Positions 49,095 through 61,395 of a DNA stretch of 64,000 nt are shown piece after piece (positions within the stretch are counted from its first letter, which is position 1; each line of letters opens with the position of its first letter). The translations under genes and the position numbers were made by a program. The notes below the pieces were generated by a model, which was not told the origin of the DNA, made no database searches, and saw nothing but the letters and a program-made list of their open reading frames with translations. Source of the DNA: Hemiscyllium ocellatum (lineage: Eukaryota); assembly GCF_020745735.1 (NCBI RefSeq), contig NC_083435.1, positions 37,783,090 to 37,847,089 of the forward strand. Reading direction: 5' to 3'.

Positions 49095-52000
49095 GTCATA
49101 GAGTCATAGAGATGTACAGCACGGAAACAGACCCTTCAGTCCAACCTGTCTATGCCAACCAGATATCCCAACCCAATACAGTCCCACCTGCCAGCACCCG
49201 GCCCATATCCCTCCAAACCCTTCCTATTCAAATACCCATCCAAATTCCTATTAAATGTTGCAATTGTACCAGCTTCCACCACTTCCTCTGGCAGCTCATT
49301 CCATACACGTACCATCCTCTGCGTGAAAAAGTTGCCCCTTAGGTCTCTTTTATATCTTTCCCCTCTCACCCTAAACCTATGCCCTCTAGCTCTGGACTCC
49401 CTGACCCCAGGGAAAAGACTTTATCTATTTATCCTATCCATGGTCCTCATAATTTTGTAAACCTCTATAAGGTCACCCCTCAGCCTCCGACACTCCAGGG
49501 AAAACAGTCTCAGCCTGTTCAGCCTCTCCCTATAGCTCAGATCCTCCAACCCTGGAAACATCTTTGTAAATCTTTTCTAAACCCTTTCAAGTTTCACAAC
49601 ATCTTTCCGATAGGAAGGAGACCAGAATTGCACGCAATATTCCAATAGTGGCCTAACCAATGTCCTGTACAGCCGTAATGTGACCTCCCAACTCCTGTAC
49701 TCATTACTCTGACCAATAAAGGAAAGCATACCAAACGTCTTCTTCACTATCCTATCTATCTGCGACTCTACTTTCAAGGAGCTATGAACCTGTTCCACGG
49801 TCTCTTTGTTCAGCAATAATCCCTAGGACCTTACCATTAAGTGTATATGTCCTGCTAAGATTTACTTTCCCAAAATGCAGCACCTTGCATTTATCTGAAT
49901 TAAACTTCATCTGCCACTTCTCAGCCCATTGGCTCATCTGGTCCAGATCCTGTAAAACTCTGAGGTAACCCTCTTCGCTGTCCACTACACTTCCAATTTT
50001 GGTGTCATCTGCAAACTTACTAACTGTACCTCTTATGCTCACATCCAAATCATTTATGTAAATGACAAAAAGTAGAGGACCCAGCACCGATCCTTGTGGC
50101 ACTCCACTTGTCACAGGCCTCCAGTCTGAAAAACAACCCTCCACCACCACCCTCTGTCTTCTACCTTTGAGCCAGTTCTGTATCCAAATGGCTAGTTCTC
50201 CCTGTATTCCATGAGATCTAACCTTGCTAATCAGTCTCCCATGGGGAACCTTGTCGAACACCTTACGGAAGTCCATATAGATCACAGCTACTGCTCTGCT
50301 CTCATCAATCCTCTTTGTTACTTCATCAAAAAACTCAATCAAGTTTGTGAGATATGATTTCCCACGCACAAAGCCATGTTGACTATCCCTTGCCTTTCCA
50401 AATACATGTACATCCTGTCCCTCAGGATTCCCTCCAACAACTTGCCTACCACTGAGGTCAGGCTTACCGGTCTATAGTTCCCTGGCTTATCTTTACCGCC
50501 CTTCTTAAACAGTGGCACCACGTTTGCCAACCTCCAGTCTTCTGGCACCTCACCTGTGACTGTCAATGATACAAATATATCAGCAAGGGGCCCAGCAATC
50601 ACTTCTCTAGCTTCCCACAGAGTTCTCGGGTACACCTGATCAGGTCCTGGGGATTTATCCACCTTTAACCATTTCAAGATATCCAGCACTTCCTCCTGTG
50701 TAATCTGGACATTTTGCAAGATGTCACCATCAATTTCCCTACAGTCTATATCTTCCATATCCTTTTCCACAGCAAATACTGGTGGAAAGTATTCATTTAG
50801 TATCTTCCCCATTTTCTGAGGCTCCACACAAAGGCCGCCTTGCTGATCTTTGAGGGGCCCTATTCTCTCCCTAGTTACCCTTTTGTCCTTCATATATTTG
50901 TAAAAACCCTTTGGATTCTCCTTAATTCTATTTGCCAAAGCTATCTCATGTCCCCTTTTTGCCCTCCTGATTTCCCTCTTAAGTATACTCCTACTGCCTT
51001 TATACTCTTCTAAGGATTTACTCGATCTATCCTGCTGTGCCTGACATATGCTTCCTTCTTTTTCTTAACCAAACCCTCATTTTCTTTAGTCATCCAGCAT
51101 TCCCTATACCTACCAGCCTTCCCTTTCACTCTAACAGGAATATACTTCCTCTGGATTCTTGATATCTCATTTCTGAAGGCTTCCCATTTTCCAGCCGTCC
51201 CTTTATCTGCGAACATCTGCCTCTAATCAGCTTTTGAAAGTTCTTGCCTAATACCGTCAAAATTGGCCTTTCTCCAATTTAGAACTTCAACTTTCAGATC
51301 TGGTCTATCCTTTTCCATCACTATTTTAAATCTCATAGCATTATGGTCGCTGGCCCCAAAGTGCTCTCCCATTGACGTCCCAGTCACCTGCCCTGCCTTA
51401 TTTCCCAAGAATAGGTCAAGTTTTGCACCTTCTCTAGTAGGTACATCCACATACTGAATCAGAAAATTGTCTTGTACACACTTAAGAAATTCCTCTCCAT
51501 CTAAACCTTTAACACTATGACAGTCCCAGTCGATGTTTGGAAAGTTAAAATCCCCTACCATAACTACCCTATTATTCTTACAGATAGCCGAGATCTCCTT
51601 ACAAGTTTGTTTCTCAATTTCCCTCTGACTATTAGGCAGTCTATAATACAATCCCAATAAGGTGATCAGCCCTTTCTTCTTTTTCAGTTCCACCCAAATA
51701 ACTCCCTGGATGTATTTCCGGGAATATCCTCCCTCAGCACAGCTGTAATGCTATCCCTCATCAAAAATGCCACTCCCCCTTCTCTCTCGCCTCACTTTCT
51801 ATCCTTCCTGTAGCATTGTATCCTGGAACATTAAGCTGCCAGTCCTGCCCATCCCTGAGCCATGTTTCTGCAATTGCTATGATATCCCAGTCCCATGTTC
51901 CTAACCATGCCCTGAGTTCATCAGCCTTCCCTGTTAGGCCCCTTGCATTGAAATAAATGCAGATTAATTTATTAGTCCTACCTTGCCCCTGCCTGCCCTG

Positions 52001-52420
52001 ACTGTTTGACTCACTTCTGTTCTCAGCTGTACCCATTTCACATTGATCTATTTCCTCACTATCTCCCTGGGTCCCACCTCCCCCCACCCCCACCACCTTA
52101 CTAGTTTAAATCCTCCCAAGCAGTTCTAGCAAATTTCCCTGCCAGTATATTAGTCCCCTTCCAATTTAGGTGCAATCCGTCCTTCTTGTACAGGTCACTT
52201 CTACCCCAAAAGAGATTCCAATGATCCAAAAATGTGAATCCTTCTCCCATACACCAGCTCCTCAGCCATGCATTCATCTGCTTTATCCTCCTATTCCTGC
52301 CCTCATTAGCTCGTAGCACTGGGAGTAATCCAGATATTACTACTTTTGAGGACCACCTTTTTAAATTTCTACCTAACTCTCTGTAATCTCCCTTCAGAGT
52401 CTCAACCCTTTCCCTTCTAG
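49095..52420 (-). mobile_element. Near full-length CR1 LINE, frameshifted
   Basis: Minus ORFs: esterase ORF1 remnant (VVISGLLP), EN (YFNARGL, GDFNFPNIDW), RT (YMDFRKVFDKVPH, QGSVLGPLLF, FADDTK); (ctatgact)n tail at 49095. Confidence 0.95.
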
Positions 52421-53339
52421 GTTCCTTCTTCTGGTGTATATCAATGATAGTGTAAGTAGAGGCTATGATTAAGGAGTTTGCAGATTTTTGTAAAGAAGAC
52501 AAGTGTAGATTTCAGGAAGATAGTTAGATTGGCAGAACTGTGGCAAGTGCAGTTCAATATGGAGAAGTGCGATGGTGTATTTTGGAAAGGCAAACCACAC
52601 AGGGGAACACACAATACATGGCAAGATTCTGAAAAGTGTTGATGAACAGATGAGTCTTGGGGGAAATGTCCACAGATCCCTGAAAGGTGAGATATAAATG
52701 AAAATGTGATCACACTAGCACAAAGGGTCAGGAGCAAGGGTAGGCCTTTGAGCCCTTCTGTGACTTGAGAACGGCTGATCTAACCTTTAAATCGTTTGAT
52801 TCCCATGTCACCCAAGACTCCATCTAACATAGCCTTAAAAATATTCAATAACCCTGCTGCCACCACTCTTCAAGGAAGAGAACTCGATCGACAAAAAAAA
52901 CCTTCTGAATCAAAATATTCTTCCTCACGTCAGCCTCAAATTGGCAACCCTATCTTTTAAACCTATGTCCCAAGTTCCACATTCACTCACGAGAGCAAAA
53001 TACATTTCAGGACCCACAGGGTGTGATATGTTTCAACACGTCCGTCTCTCATTCTTCTAATCTTCAATGGGTTTACCTCATGACCTTTTCTTACGTCATA
53101 AATCTACACCTCATCTCAGCGATCAAACATTCTCTGAACTGCCTCTGAAACCCTCCTTAAGAAAGGTGGTCGAAATTGGACAGCACTCCCGGTGTGATTG
53201 CACCAACGTCTCCACAACTGTTGCAAGACTTCTTTATCTTTTTATTCCATTGCATTGTAATAATGGCTAACATTCCATTTGCCTTCCTAATCACTTGAAT
53301 ATCTACAAGCTACAATGTAGCATTCTGCAGTGTCTGTCT

Positions 53340-53530
53340 GGGAGAAAGTGAGGACTGCAGATGCTGGAGATCAGAGTCCAGAGGGTGGTGCTGGGAAAGC
53401 ACAGCCGGTCAGGCAGCAGCTGAGGAGCAGGAGAATCGATGTTTCGGGAAGAGCTCGTGCCCAAAACGTCAACTCCCCTGCTCCTCGGATGCTGCCTGAC
53501 CTACTGTGTTTTTCCAGCACCACACTCTCG
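53340..53530. repeat. Foldback repeat (PLE-terminus derived)
   Basis: gagaaagtgaggactgcagatgctgg arm plus inverted arm. Confidence 0.75.
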
Positions 53531-54764
53531 ATTGCAGTGCCTGTCTGCATTGAAATAATAGTTCCCCTTTTTCAGTTTCTGTTCCACATTCTTCAGTCTC
53601 CCCATATTTAAATGATACTGTACTTTTCTATTCTTCTTCTCAAAGTGGATACTTGCATATCTTCTCAAATTAAACTCCATCTGCAAAACATTTTCTTCCC
53701 ATTTCATTCCTTGTCCACACATTTAACCTTTCTGTACCTCTCTGAAGTGTTTTTCTATCCTTTGCAGAAGTCTTTCTCCTACTATTTTTGTATCACCAGC
53801 GAACTTGGCTGCAGTATGGTATATCCCTTCATCTGAATCATTAACAGCGATATTTCTTCAAAGATGAGAGACTGGCAAAGCACTTGAGTCAGTGTAAGTT
53901 AATTTCCAGATGCTGTAAGCAATTAAACAGGCAGATGGCAAGTTGCCCTATATTACAGCAGGATTTGAGTATACGAATAAAGACATCTTACTGCAATCAC
54001 ACAGAGCATTGATGATACCACAGCTGAAGTATTGAGTGCAGATTTAGACTCCTTGCCTAAGATATTGAGATTAAGTTATGCCAAACTAGTTTCTAACTTG
54101 TCTGTCAACTTCGGAGCGTTTTTATGAAGGGTCAGATCAAAAATACAGAGAGACGGATCCTAGATGGCACAACACGTCACTTTTTATTCATTCACTGGGA
54201 TGAGGGTGTCACTGGCTAGGCCATCATGTGCCCAGAGGGCAGTCAAGAGTCAACTACATAGCTATGAGCCAGGAGTCACATGTAGGCCAGTCCAGGTAAG
54301 CATGGCAGCTTCCTTCCCTGAAGGATATTATTGAACTAGATGTGTTTTTTCCAACAATCAACAATGGATTCATGGTCATCATTGGACTTTCATTCCCAAA
54401 ATTTTATTGGGTTCAAACTCCCCCTGGGGACAGGATTCAGCCCCGGTCCCCAGAACACTACCTGGGTCTCTGAGTTAACAGGCCTGCACTCATCCCACTA
54501 GGCCGTTGTCTGGTGCATAGATTAACTTGCAAGGTGTGATTGTTGGCAGAACATTTGTAATAATGTTGAACTACACTGGGGTTGGCACTGATACTTGTCA
54601 TAGCCCGTTGGCTTCTCCCCTAAGTCATCTCAGTCATGAAGAACAGTTTCAATACAAACTCCACCATAGTTTCCTCTGAATGGGTTTCGGAGTTTCACAC
54701 TATATTGTGCAAGGTTCAGTAACACTATGCCTTTTCTCAAGTTCTCTTCAAAACCATTTTCAAT

Positions 54765-55060
54765 GTATTTAATACTAATAATACTATGATAGGACAAGCC
54801 AAACAGAGAACAGCCAGGGAATTCCTAGAGGCATGGCACTCATCCACAGATTCAATCAATAAGCACATTGACCTGGACCCAATATACCGACCACTGCAGC
54901 GGACAGCTGGAACTGACAACCGGAAGCGGCAGAGACAAACCATGCCAGATGAAACATCACAGAAGCGCTTCACAGGAGGCTTCCAAGCACTGAAGATGTC
55001 ACCTGGACAGGGGACGAAACATCTGCAACACAAATTCCCAGCTCGGCGAACAGAACCACA
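54765..55060 (+). mobile_element. Penelope-like 3' end with hammerhead-like terminus
   Basis: IGQAKQRTAREFLEAWHSSTDSINKHIDLDPIY (PLE endonuclease C-terminus); gcaCTGAAGA...GAAACATCtgc at 54987-55025. Confidence 0.8.
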
Positions 55061-55249
55061 ACGCATTTAATTGCAGCCTGTAGCCTTAGGTTCCTCAAGG
55101 ACATTAGTGAACCTGATATGTCTTTTTACAATATCAACAATATACTAAAGTTTTTAAATTCCAGATTTTTATTAAATTCAATTTTCACCATCTGCCACAT
55201 AGGATCTAAACCCATGTCCTCAGAATGTTAGCCTGGTGCTCTGGATTGT

Positions 55250-55545
55250 TAGTTTACTTACAGTATGGAAACAGGCCCTTCGGCCCAACAAGTCCACACT
55301 GACCCACCGAAGCGCAACCCTCCCAGACCCATACCCCTACACCTAACACAACAGACAACTTAACATTCACCTAACCTGCACATTTTTTTGGACTGTGGGA
55401 GGAAACCGGAGCACCCGGAGGAAACCCACGCAGATACGGGGAGAATGTGCAAACGCCACACAGTCAGTCGCCTGAGGCGGGAATTGAACCCGGGTCTCTG
55501 GCGCTGTGAGGCAGCAGTGCTAACCACTGTGCCACCGTGCCGCCC
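55250..55545 (-). mobile_element. Young tRNA-derived SINE
   Basis: Near reverse complement of 47803-48100. Confidence 0.9.
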
Positions 55546-56204
55546 AACATCACCACTACAGAATTAATGGCTGGTGGGGATGTTGGCGAGGATAAATTGA
55601 ACACTTGGCCTTGGCATCATTAGCATCATAGTCTAACCATCCGAGCTAACCATCCACTTGTAGGGTGGAGATGGCCAGTAACTTGCTTCAGGATGACTAA
55701 TTTTAGTCAAAGTGCATTATGATGCTCCGTGTTGGTGAATTAGACTCCAGCATTTCTGAGTGGAATGAATGATATTGAGGCCGGCTGCTATTTTCTCCTC
55801 CTGACACAGCATGCAGCATTGACAGGCTCGGTAAGGTCGCTGGTTATTGAGATAGCTGATGAATGGGTTTTAATTTTTTTTTAATTCCTTACATTCAGAA
55901 AAGTTTCCATCAGATTTCAAATCAGTAAATGTAACTCAGAACTTATCTTAAACTCTGTCTTACCTTTTTCACTGGAGTGTGGTTTAGAAAATCCTGAGGG
56001 TTATAGATAGGGTTAATGGTATGATGGGAGATGTCAAGTCTAGGGGTGTGTTTTAAAGGGGAGTCGACAGAGATTTAAAAATGACATGACAGGCAACTTT
56101 TTTACACAGAAGGTGGTTAGCGTGTGAAATGAACATCCTGAGGAAACGGTGGGTGTGGGTACGATAACAACATTTAAAGTACACTCAGGTAGGTACATGG
56201 ATAG

Positions 56205-56425
56205 GAGAAAGTGAGGACTGCAGATGCTGGAGATCAGAGCTGAAAATGTCTTGCTGGAAAAGCGCAGCAGGTCAGGCAGCATCCAAGGAACAGGAGAATC
56301 GACGTTTCGGGCATGAGCCCTTCTTCAGGAAATTCCTGAAGAAGGGCCATGCCTGAAACGTCGATTCTCCTGCTCCCTGGATGCTGCCTGACCTGCTGCA
56401 CTTTTCCAGCAAGACATTTTCAGCT
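56205..56425. repeat. Foldback repeat with an intact hammerhead-like core on the minus arm (56301-56328)
   Basis: Minus strand CTGAAGA-A-GGGC-tcat-GCCC-GAAAC-GTC. Confidence 0.8.
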
Positions 56426-56569
56426 AAGTGCGTGAATAGGAAAGGTTTGGAGGGATATAGGCCATGAGCTGGAAGCTGGGGCTAGTTTAGTTTGGGATTA
56501 TGATTGGCAATGGATTGTTTAGACTGAGGGGTCTGTTTCCATGCTGTGTGATGGTGATAAGCTTCCTAA

Positions 56570-56930
56570 TGCTGTGGGTTGTGGTTGTGGCTGTGGTTCA
56601 AGTTGTGAGTTTGCTCGCTGAGCTGACAGATTTGTTCTCAGACATTTCATCACCATACTGGGTAACATTATCAGTGAGCCTCTGATGAAGCGCTGGTGTT
56701 CTGTCCTGCTTCTATTAATATGTTTTGGTCTGTTAATGTGAGTGATATAATAACCAGTTCTTTTTCGGAGAGGTTAGTAAATGGGGTCCAAATGTGTTTA
56801 TTGATGGAGTTCCAGTTTGAATGCCAGACCTCTAGGAATTCCCGTGTATATCTTGTTTGAGCCAGACCCAGGATGGATGTACTGTCCCAGTCAAAGTGAT
56901 GTTCTCATGCTGTCTTAGCATTGGTTTGGT
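56570..56930 (-). mobile_element. Penelope-like 3' end remnant
   Basis: Minus strand HHFDWDSTSILGLAQTRYTREFLEVWHSNWNSINKHI. Confidence 0.7.
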
Positions 56931-58439
56931 GTAAAGTCTTTGAGTTTAAATTTTCTGCATCCACACAGCCAAAGCCCGAATCTAATTTTTATACTTTTGG
57001 TTTCAGAATTCTCTTTGCCTAACTTTTCTATTCCTCTGCAGCTGCTGCTTCACATGAAGTTTCATAAAGGGCTTCTCTCTCTGTGAGCTCGTGTGAGTTA
57101 TCCCATGCAGCTTTAAACTGTTCACCTCAATATAGATTAGATTAGATTACTTACAGTGTGGAAACAGGCCCTTCGGCCCAACAAGTCCACACTGACCCGC
57201 TGAAGTGCAACCCGCCCTTACCCATATGTGTGTGCCACACTTCTGTTGTTCTGGTGGAAGTATATGTCACTACTGGGATGCCCACTGCCAGTGCCATATT
57301 TGATGTTCAATTGCTGCCAGCCACAAATACCCCTTCACCGGGCCCCTAGAGTGAGGGAAATGAAAGCCAAAAGCTTCTGAGGGCACAGGTAACGAGACAT
57401 TGGAAATACGAGCTCACATTCCTAAATGGGTTGCTATTTTACATCGCCAATTCCATACTGGTTGCCCATCCTGAGTGCCTCACCATCCTACAACCCTCTC
57501 TAAGGGAGTGCTACTCTTAAGCTAATGCCCGACATTGCACAGCATCTTGCTATTATTCGATATGGCAGCATCATGTCCTGGAAAGCCTCAAAGAGATAGA
57601 AAACATTACGGGACAACAGCAAAAGTGAGCAAAAAACAAACAAAGTTAGCTGCATTCGCTTGTGGGAGTAAATAGGGACTACTTAACCTTTAATCAATAA
57701 CAAAATTTAGTCAGTAAATAGTCATTGCATCCTGCTCCTATCTACTGCAACCAGATGTAAATTAAATCTTGTCTGACATTTTTTATTATTATTCAGTCAT
57801 GGGATGTGGGTCTCGTTGGCTAGGTCAGCATTTATTGCCTGTCACTAATTGCCCACATGGCAGTTGAGAGTCACCCACATTGCTGTGGGTCTGGAGTCAC
57901 ATGTAGGCCAGACCAGGTAAGGATGGCAGTTTCCTTCCCTAAAGGATATTTGTCAGTCAGTTGGGATTTTCCCAACAATCGATAATGGATTCACAATCAT
58001 CATTAAACCCTTAATTCCAAATAAATAAAAAAATTGAGCTGAAATGCCATCAGCTGCCGTAGCAGGATTCAAACCCAGATCCCCAACACATTTCCTGGGT
58101 CTCTAGATGAATAGCCAAACAGTAACACTACTCAGCTATCTCCTCCCTGTTGTGCCCACTGCTGCATTACTCTATCGTGCTGAAGGTGATTTATTCTGTA
58201 CAATGACCTCATCTTCTTTCTTGAAAGCCGCTCTCCCAGCCCTTCAGCATCCAGCACATCTTTGTTGCTTGCTACAGAACACAGAGTATGAGGAATCTGT
58301 GACACACTTGGTCTGGACTGGACTGTAGGAATCCCTTCCATCCAAGCATTAGAACTGCATCTTCAGGAGGCCAATTATCGACTATATGATAACCCTGATA
58401 GAAAATGGGCTGTATTATATCTACCCAATCATCAGGTAT

Positions 58440-58580
58440 AAATATGTAAGTTAGCTCGCTGAGCTGGAAGGTTTGTTTTCAGATGTATCGTCACCATGAC
58501 TAGGTGACATCATTATTGTGTCATGGTGACGAAACGTCTGAAAACAAACCTTCCAGCTCAGTGAGCTAACTTACATACTT
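58440..58580. repeat. Foldback of a PLE terminus
   Basis: gtaagttagctcgctgagctggaagg / ccttccagctcagtgagctaacttac; gtcatggtgacgaaacgtc remnant core. Confidence 0.8.
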
Positions 58581-59380
58581 ATCATTAACCTGAGCTACAA
58601 AATCTTCTCAAAAATCACTAATCATCAGGAATTTTTGCAGAGAATAACCTTTGTCCTCCGTAACCATCCTGATAAAGCATCTGACCTATAATCGGTGTTC
58701 CTGGAAGCTTCCAGGACACGTGGTACAGACTTCAAAGCTGCAATACAGATGACCACAGACACTGCCCTTTTCTGTTGATGAAGTCAGTTCTGTTTCGATA
58801 CGGTGCTCTCAACACAACTGGTATACAGTGATCGCACGCCACACCTGAGAGAAGCCAGCTATGTTGGCAAGGAATATTGCCCAGGCTACACTGCTGACCT
58901 TGACACAGGGAAATAAGATAAAACAGTGTGATCTGGCACAAATTTCACCGTCAACAGCCTTGATCCATTAGCGGATTAAGAATAGAGAGATCCCACACAG
59001 GTTCCCAGTGAGAAATCTGGAAGGGGCCAGATGCATTAACATGCACTGCACGTGGTCGCCCAGCCCTTGTGGTCACTGTCCTGCTACAGCAGATGGCATT
59101 GCACTGCTTCGGAGTCCTGGGCCTTCCTTAGCCTGAGGTGGTAATGTGCCTTTCACCCAACTGGAGAAAATGGTATCAAAGATTTGAATCAGAATTAGAT
59201 TTTTTTTTATTAAAGACTTTACTGTCACTGTACATGAGTACAGTGAAAACTGTTGAAAGTTACCATTCTCTGACGCTATCTTGATTCCAAAACCAAAATA
59301 TTTTTTAAAAATGCAGCAGAAACAAAAGACAACAAAAAGGTAAGAAAAACGTCGAGATATTAAAGTCTAAGTCTTATCTC

Positions 59381-59581
59381 CCCATCCTGTACATGGCCCA
59401 CTCTCACTGCTGTCTCTGACTGTCAGGGGGCTGTTCCCCATCCTGTACACGGCCCACTCTCACTGCTGTCTCTGACTGTCAGGGGGCTGTTTCCCATCCT
59501 GTACACGGCCCACTCTTACTGCTGTCTCTGACTGTCAGGAGGTACCTCCCCATCCTGTACATGGCCCACTCTCACTGCTGT
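59381..59581 (+). repeat. 56-bp tandem repeat, about 3.6 copies
   Basis: cccatcctgtaca starts at 59381, 59437, 59493 and 59549. Confidence 0.92.
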
Positions 59582-59744
59582 GCGAATGCTGCCGATTCAC
59601 CCACCACAACAGGCGGTGAAAAAAACGAGAAAAAAAACGATAGAAAACACCACCGAAAGAAAGAATGAAAGTGGACAAGCCCTGAGCGAAGGATCCCACA
59701 AACAAACCTGCCGTTCCACTGTCATCTTGACAGATCATAGAATC

Positions 59745-60030
59745 CCCTCAGCCCAACAAATCCACAGTTTCCCACCTAGACCCGTTCCCCTCCCCTATTC
59801 CTCTACATTTTACCCCTGACCTACACACCCCTGAACACTACAGGCAATTTAGCATGTCCAATCTATCTAACCTGCACATCTTTGGATCAAGGGAAGAAAC
59901 CTGAGCACTCGGTGGTAACCCACACAGACACGAGGAGAATGTGCAAACTCCACACAGGCAGTCGTCCAAAGCTGGAATCGAACCTGGGACCCTGGTGCTG
60001 TGAGGCAGCAGTGCTAACCATTGAGCCACC
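59745..60030 (-). mobile_element. tRNA-derived SINE
   Basis: Reverse-strand A/B box head at about 59975-60030. Confidence 0.8.
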
Positions 60031-61164
60031 AATCCAGGCATTCTCTCACTCCTCTGCATCCTGAAGAGACCTTCAGCTGTGACGTTTGCATATGGAGCCA
60101 TCCAGCAGCTCCTGCAGGTTATTACTGGTGCATTAGTTCCTCATTAGTGTCTCTGTGTTTAGGTTATTGTATGACCACAGAGAGGAAGACCTCGCTTTGG
60201 TTAGATCCACTGGTCATAGTCCCAGCCAACCTGCAGGGGGAATATCAATAAACAAAAAGGTTTATAGTAACGCAAGCACTCAGCATTTGAATCACACAGA
60301 AATAATAGTTTGGAGCAGACCTCTACATCGTGGGACATGGAAGACTCTGACAAGAAGTGGGATGGAATGCTTCTGTGTTGACGTAGTGGACCTTATTTTA
60401 ATGTATCCAGCACAAGTCTAGGCACACAAATTCAGTCAGATGTTGTCACGGCAGTGGGATGATTGAAAGCTTTTCCCCCAACTCCACCATCACCATTGAC
60501 TTCAAGCCAGAAAGGCAGCTGTAAATCCAAAAGCATGTTGGTCAATACTTGGTTCAAAGGTCAGAGGAAATCAGTTCCAAGTCTTTGTGAAATGCGATGA
60601 GCACTTGCTCTGTCTTTATGAATTATGGCCTGCAGGTGACCACACTGTTAAGACTGACTGTGATTACTTCTGCTTCACAGAAATGACTCTGATCAATCTG
60701 AGATACCAGTGATGTCGTCAGGATTGGTTGTGTCCCACACAGTTGGACTCTGCATGGGAAAGGTTCAGAGGGATACAGGCCAAACGTAGGCCAATAGGAC
60801 TAGTTTGGTTTAGGATATCATCGGCATAGTCAAATTGGACCGAAGGGCCTGTTTCCGTGCTGTAGGACTGCCTTTGAAGGGCCTCATATTGTTCACGAGC
60901 AGCACCTGTATGCTCAGACAGGAACAAGAACTCTTACGCCACCCCCTGCTGGTGTGGTCACCGCAATTTTCCAGTTCCATTGCACCTCTGCAATTGAGAT
61001 GTGGAAGGAAGGTAATTCAGGTCACAGAGTCAGCCTAGTAATCTACCAGCCCCCAAAAACCTACATGTTCTTTCATCCTTGCACTCGATGTTAACCCTCA
61101 GTTTCTATTTGTTTCCACCTTCATCTTTCATTTCCATCTCTTTCTGCAATCATTCACTCCTGAG

Positions 61165-61395
61165 GCCCTGGTCTTCAGAGCTGAAAATGTGTTGCTGGAA
61201 AAGCGCAGCAGGTCAGGCAGCATCCAAAGAGCAGGAGAATCAACCTTTCGGGTATGAGCCCTTCTTCTTTCCTGAAGAAGGGCTCGTGCCCGAAACGTCA
61301 ATTCTCCTGCTCCTTGGATGCTGCCTGACCTGCTGCGCTTTTCCAGCAACACATTTTCAGCTCTGATCTCCAGCATCTGCAGTCCTCACTTTCGC
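61165..61395. repeat. Foldback repeat with a hammerhead-like core on the plus arm (61272-61299)
   Basis: CTGAAGA-A-GGGC-tcgt-GCCC-GAAAC-GTC. Confidence 0.8.

Noticed and set aside
59381-59581. 56-bp array resembling CRISPR
   Set aside because: Simple tandem repeat with no spacers.
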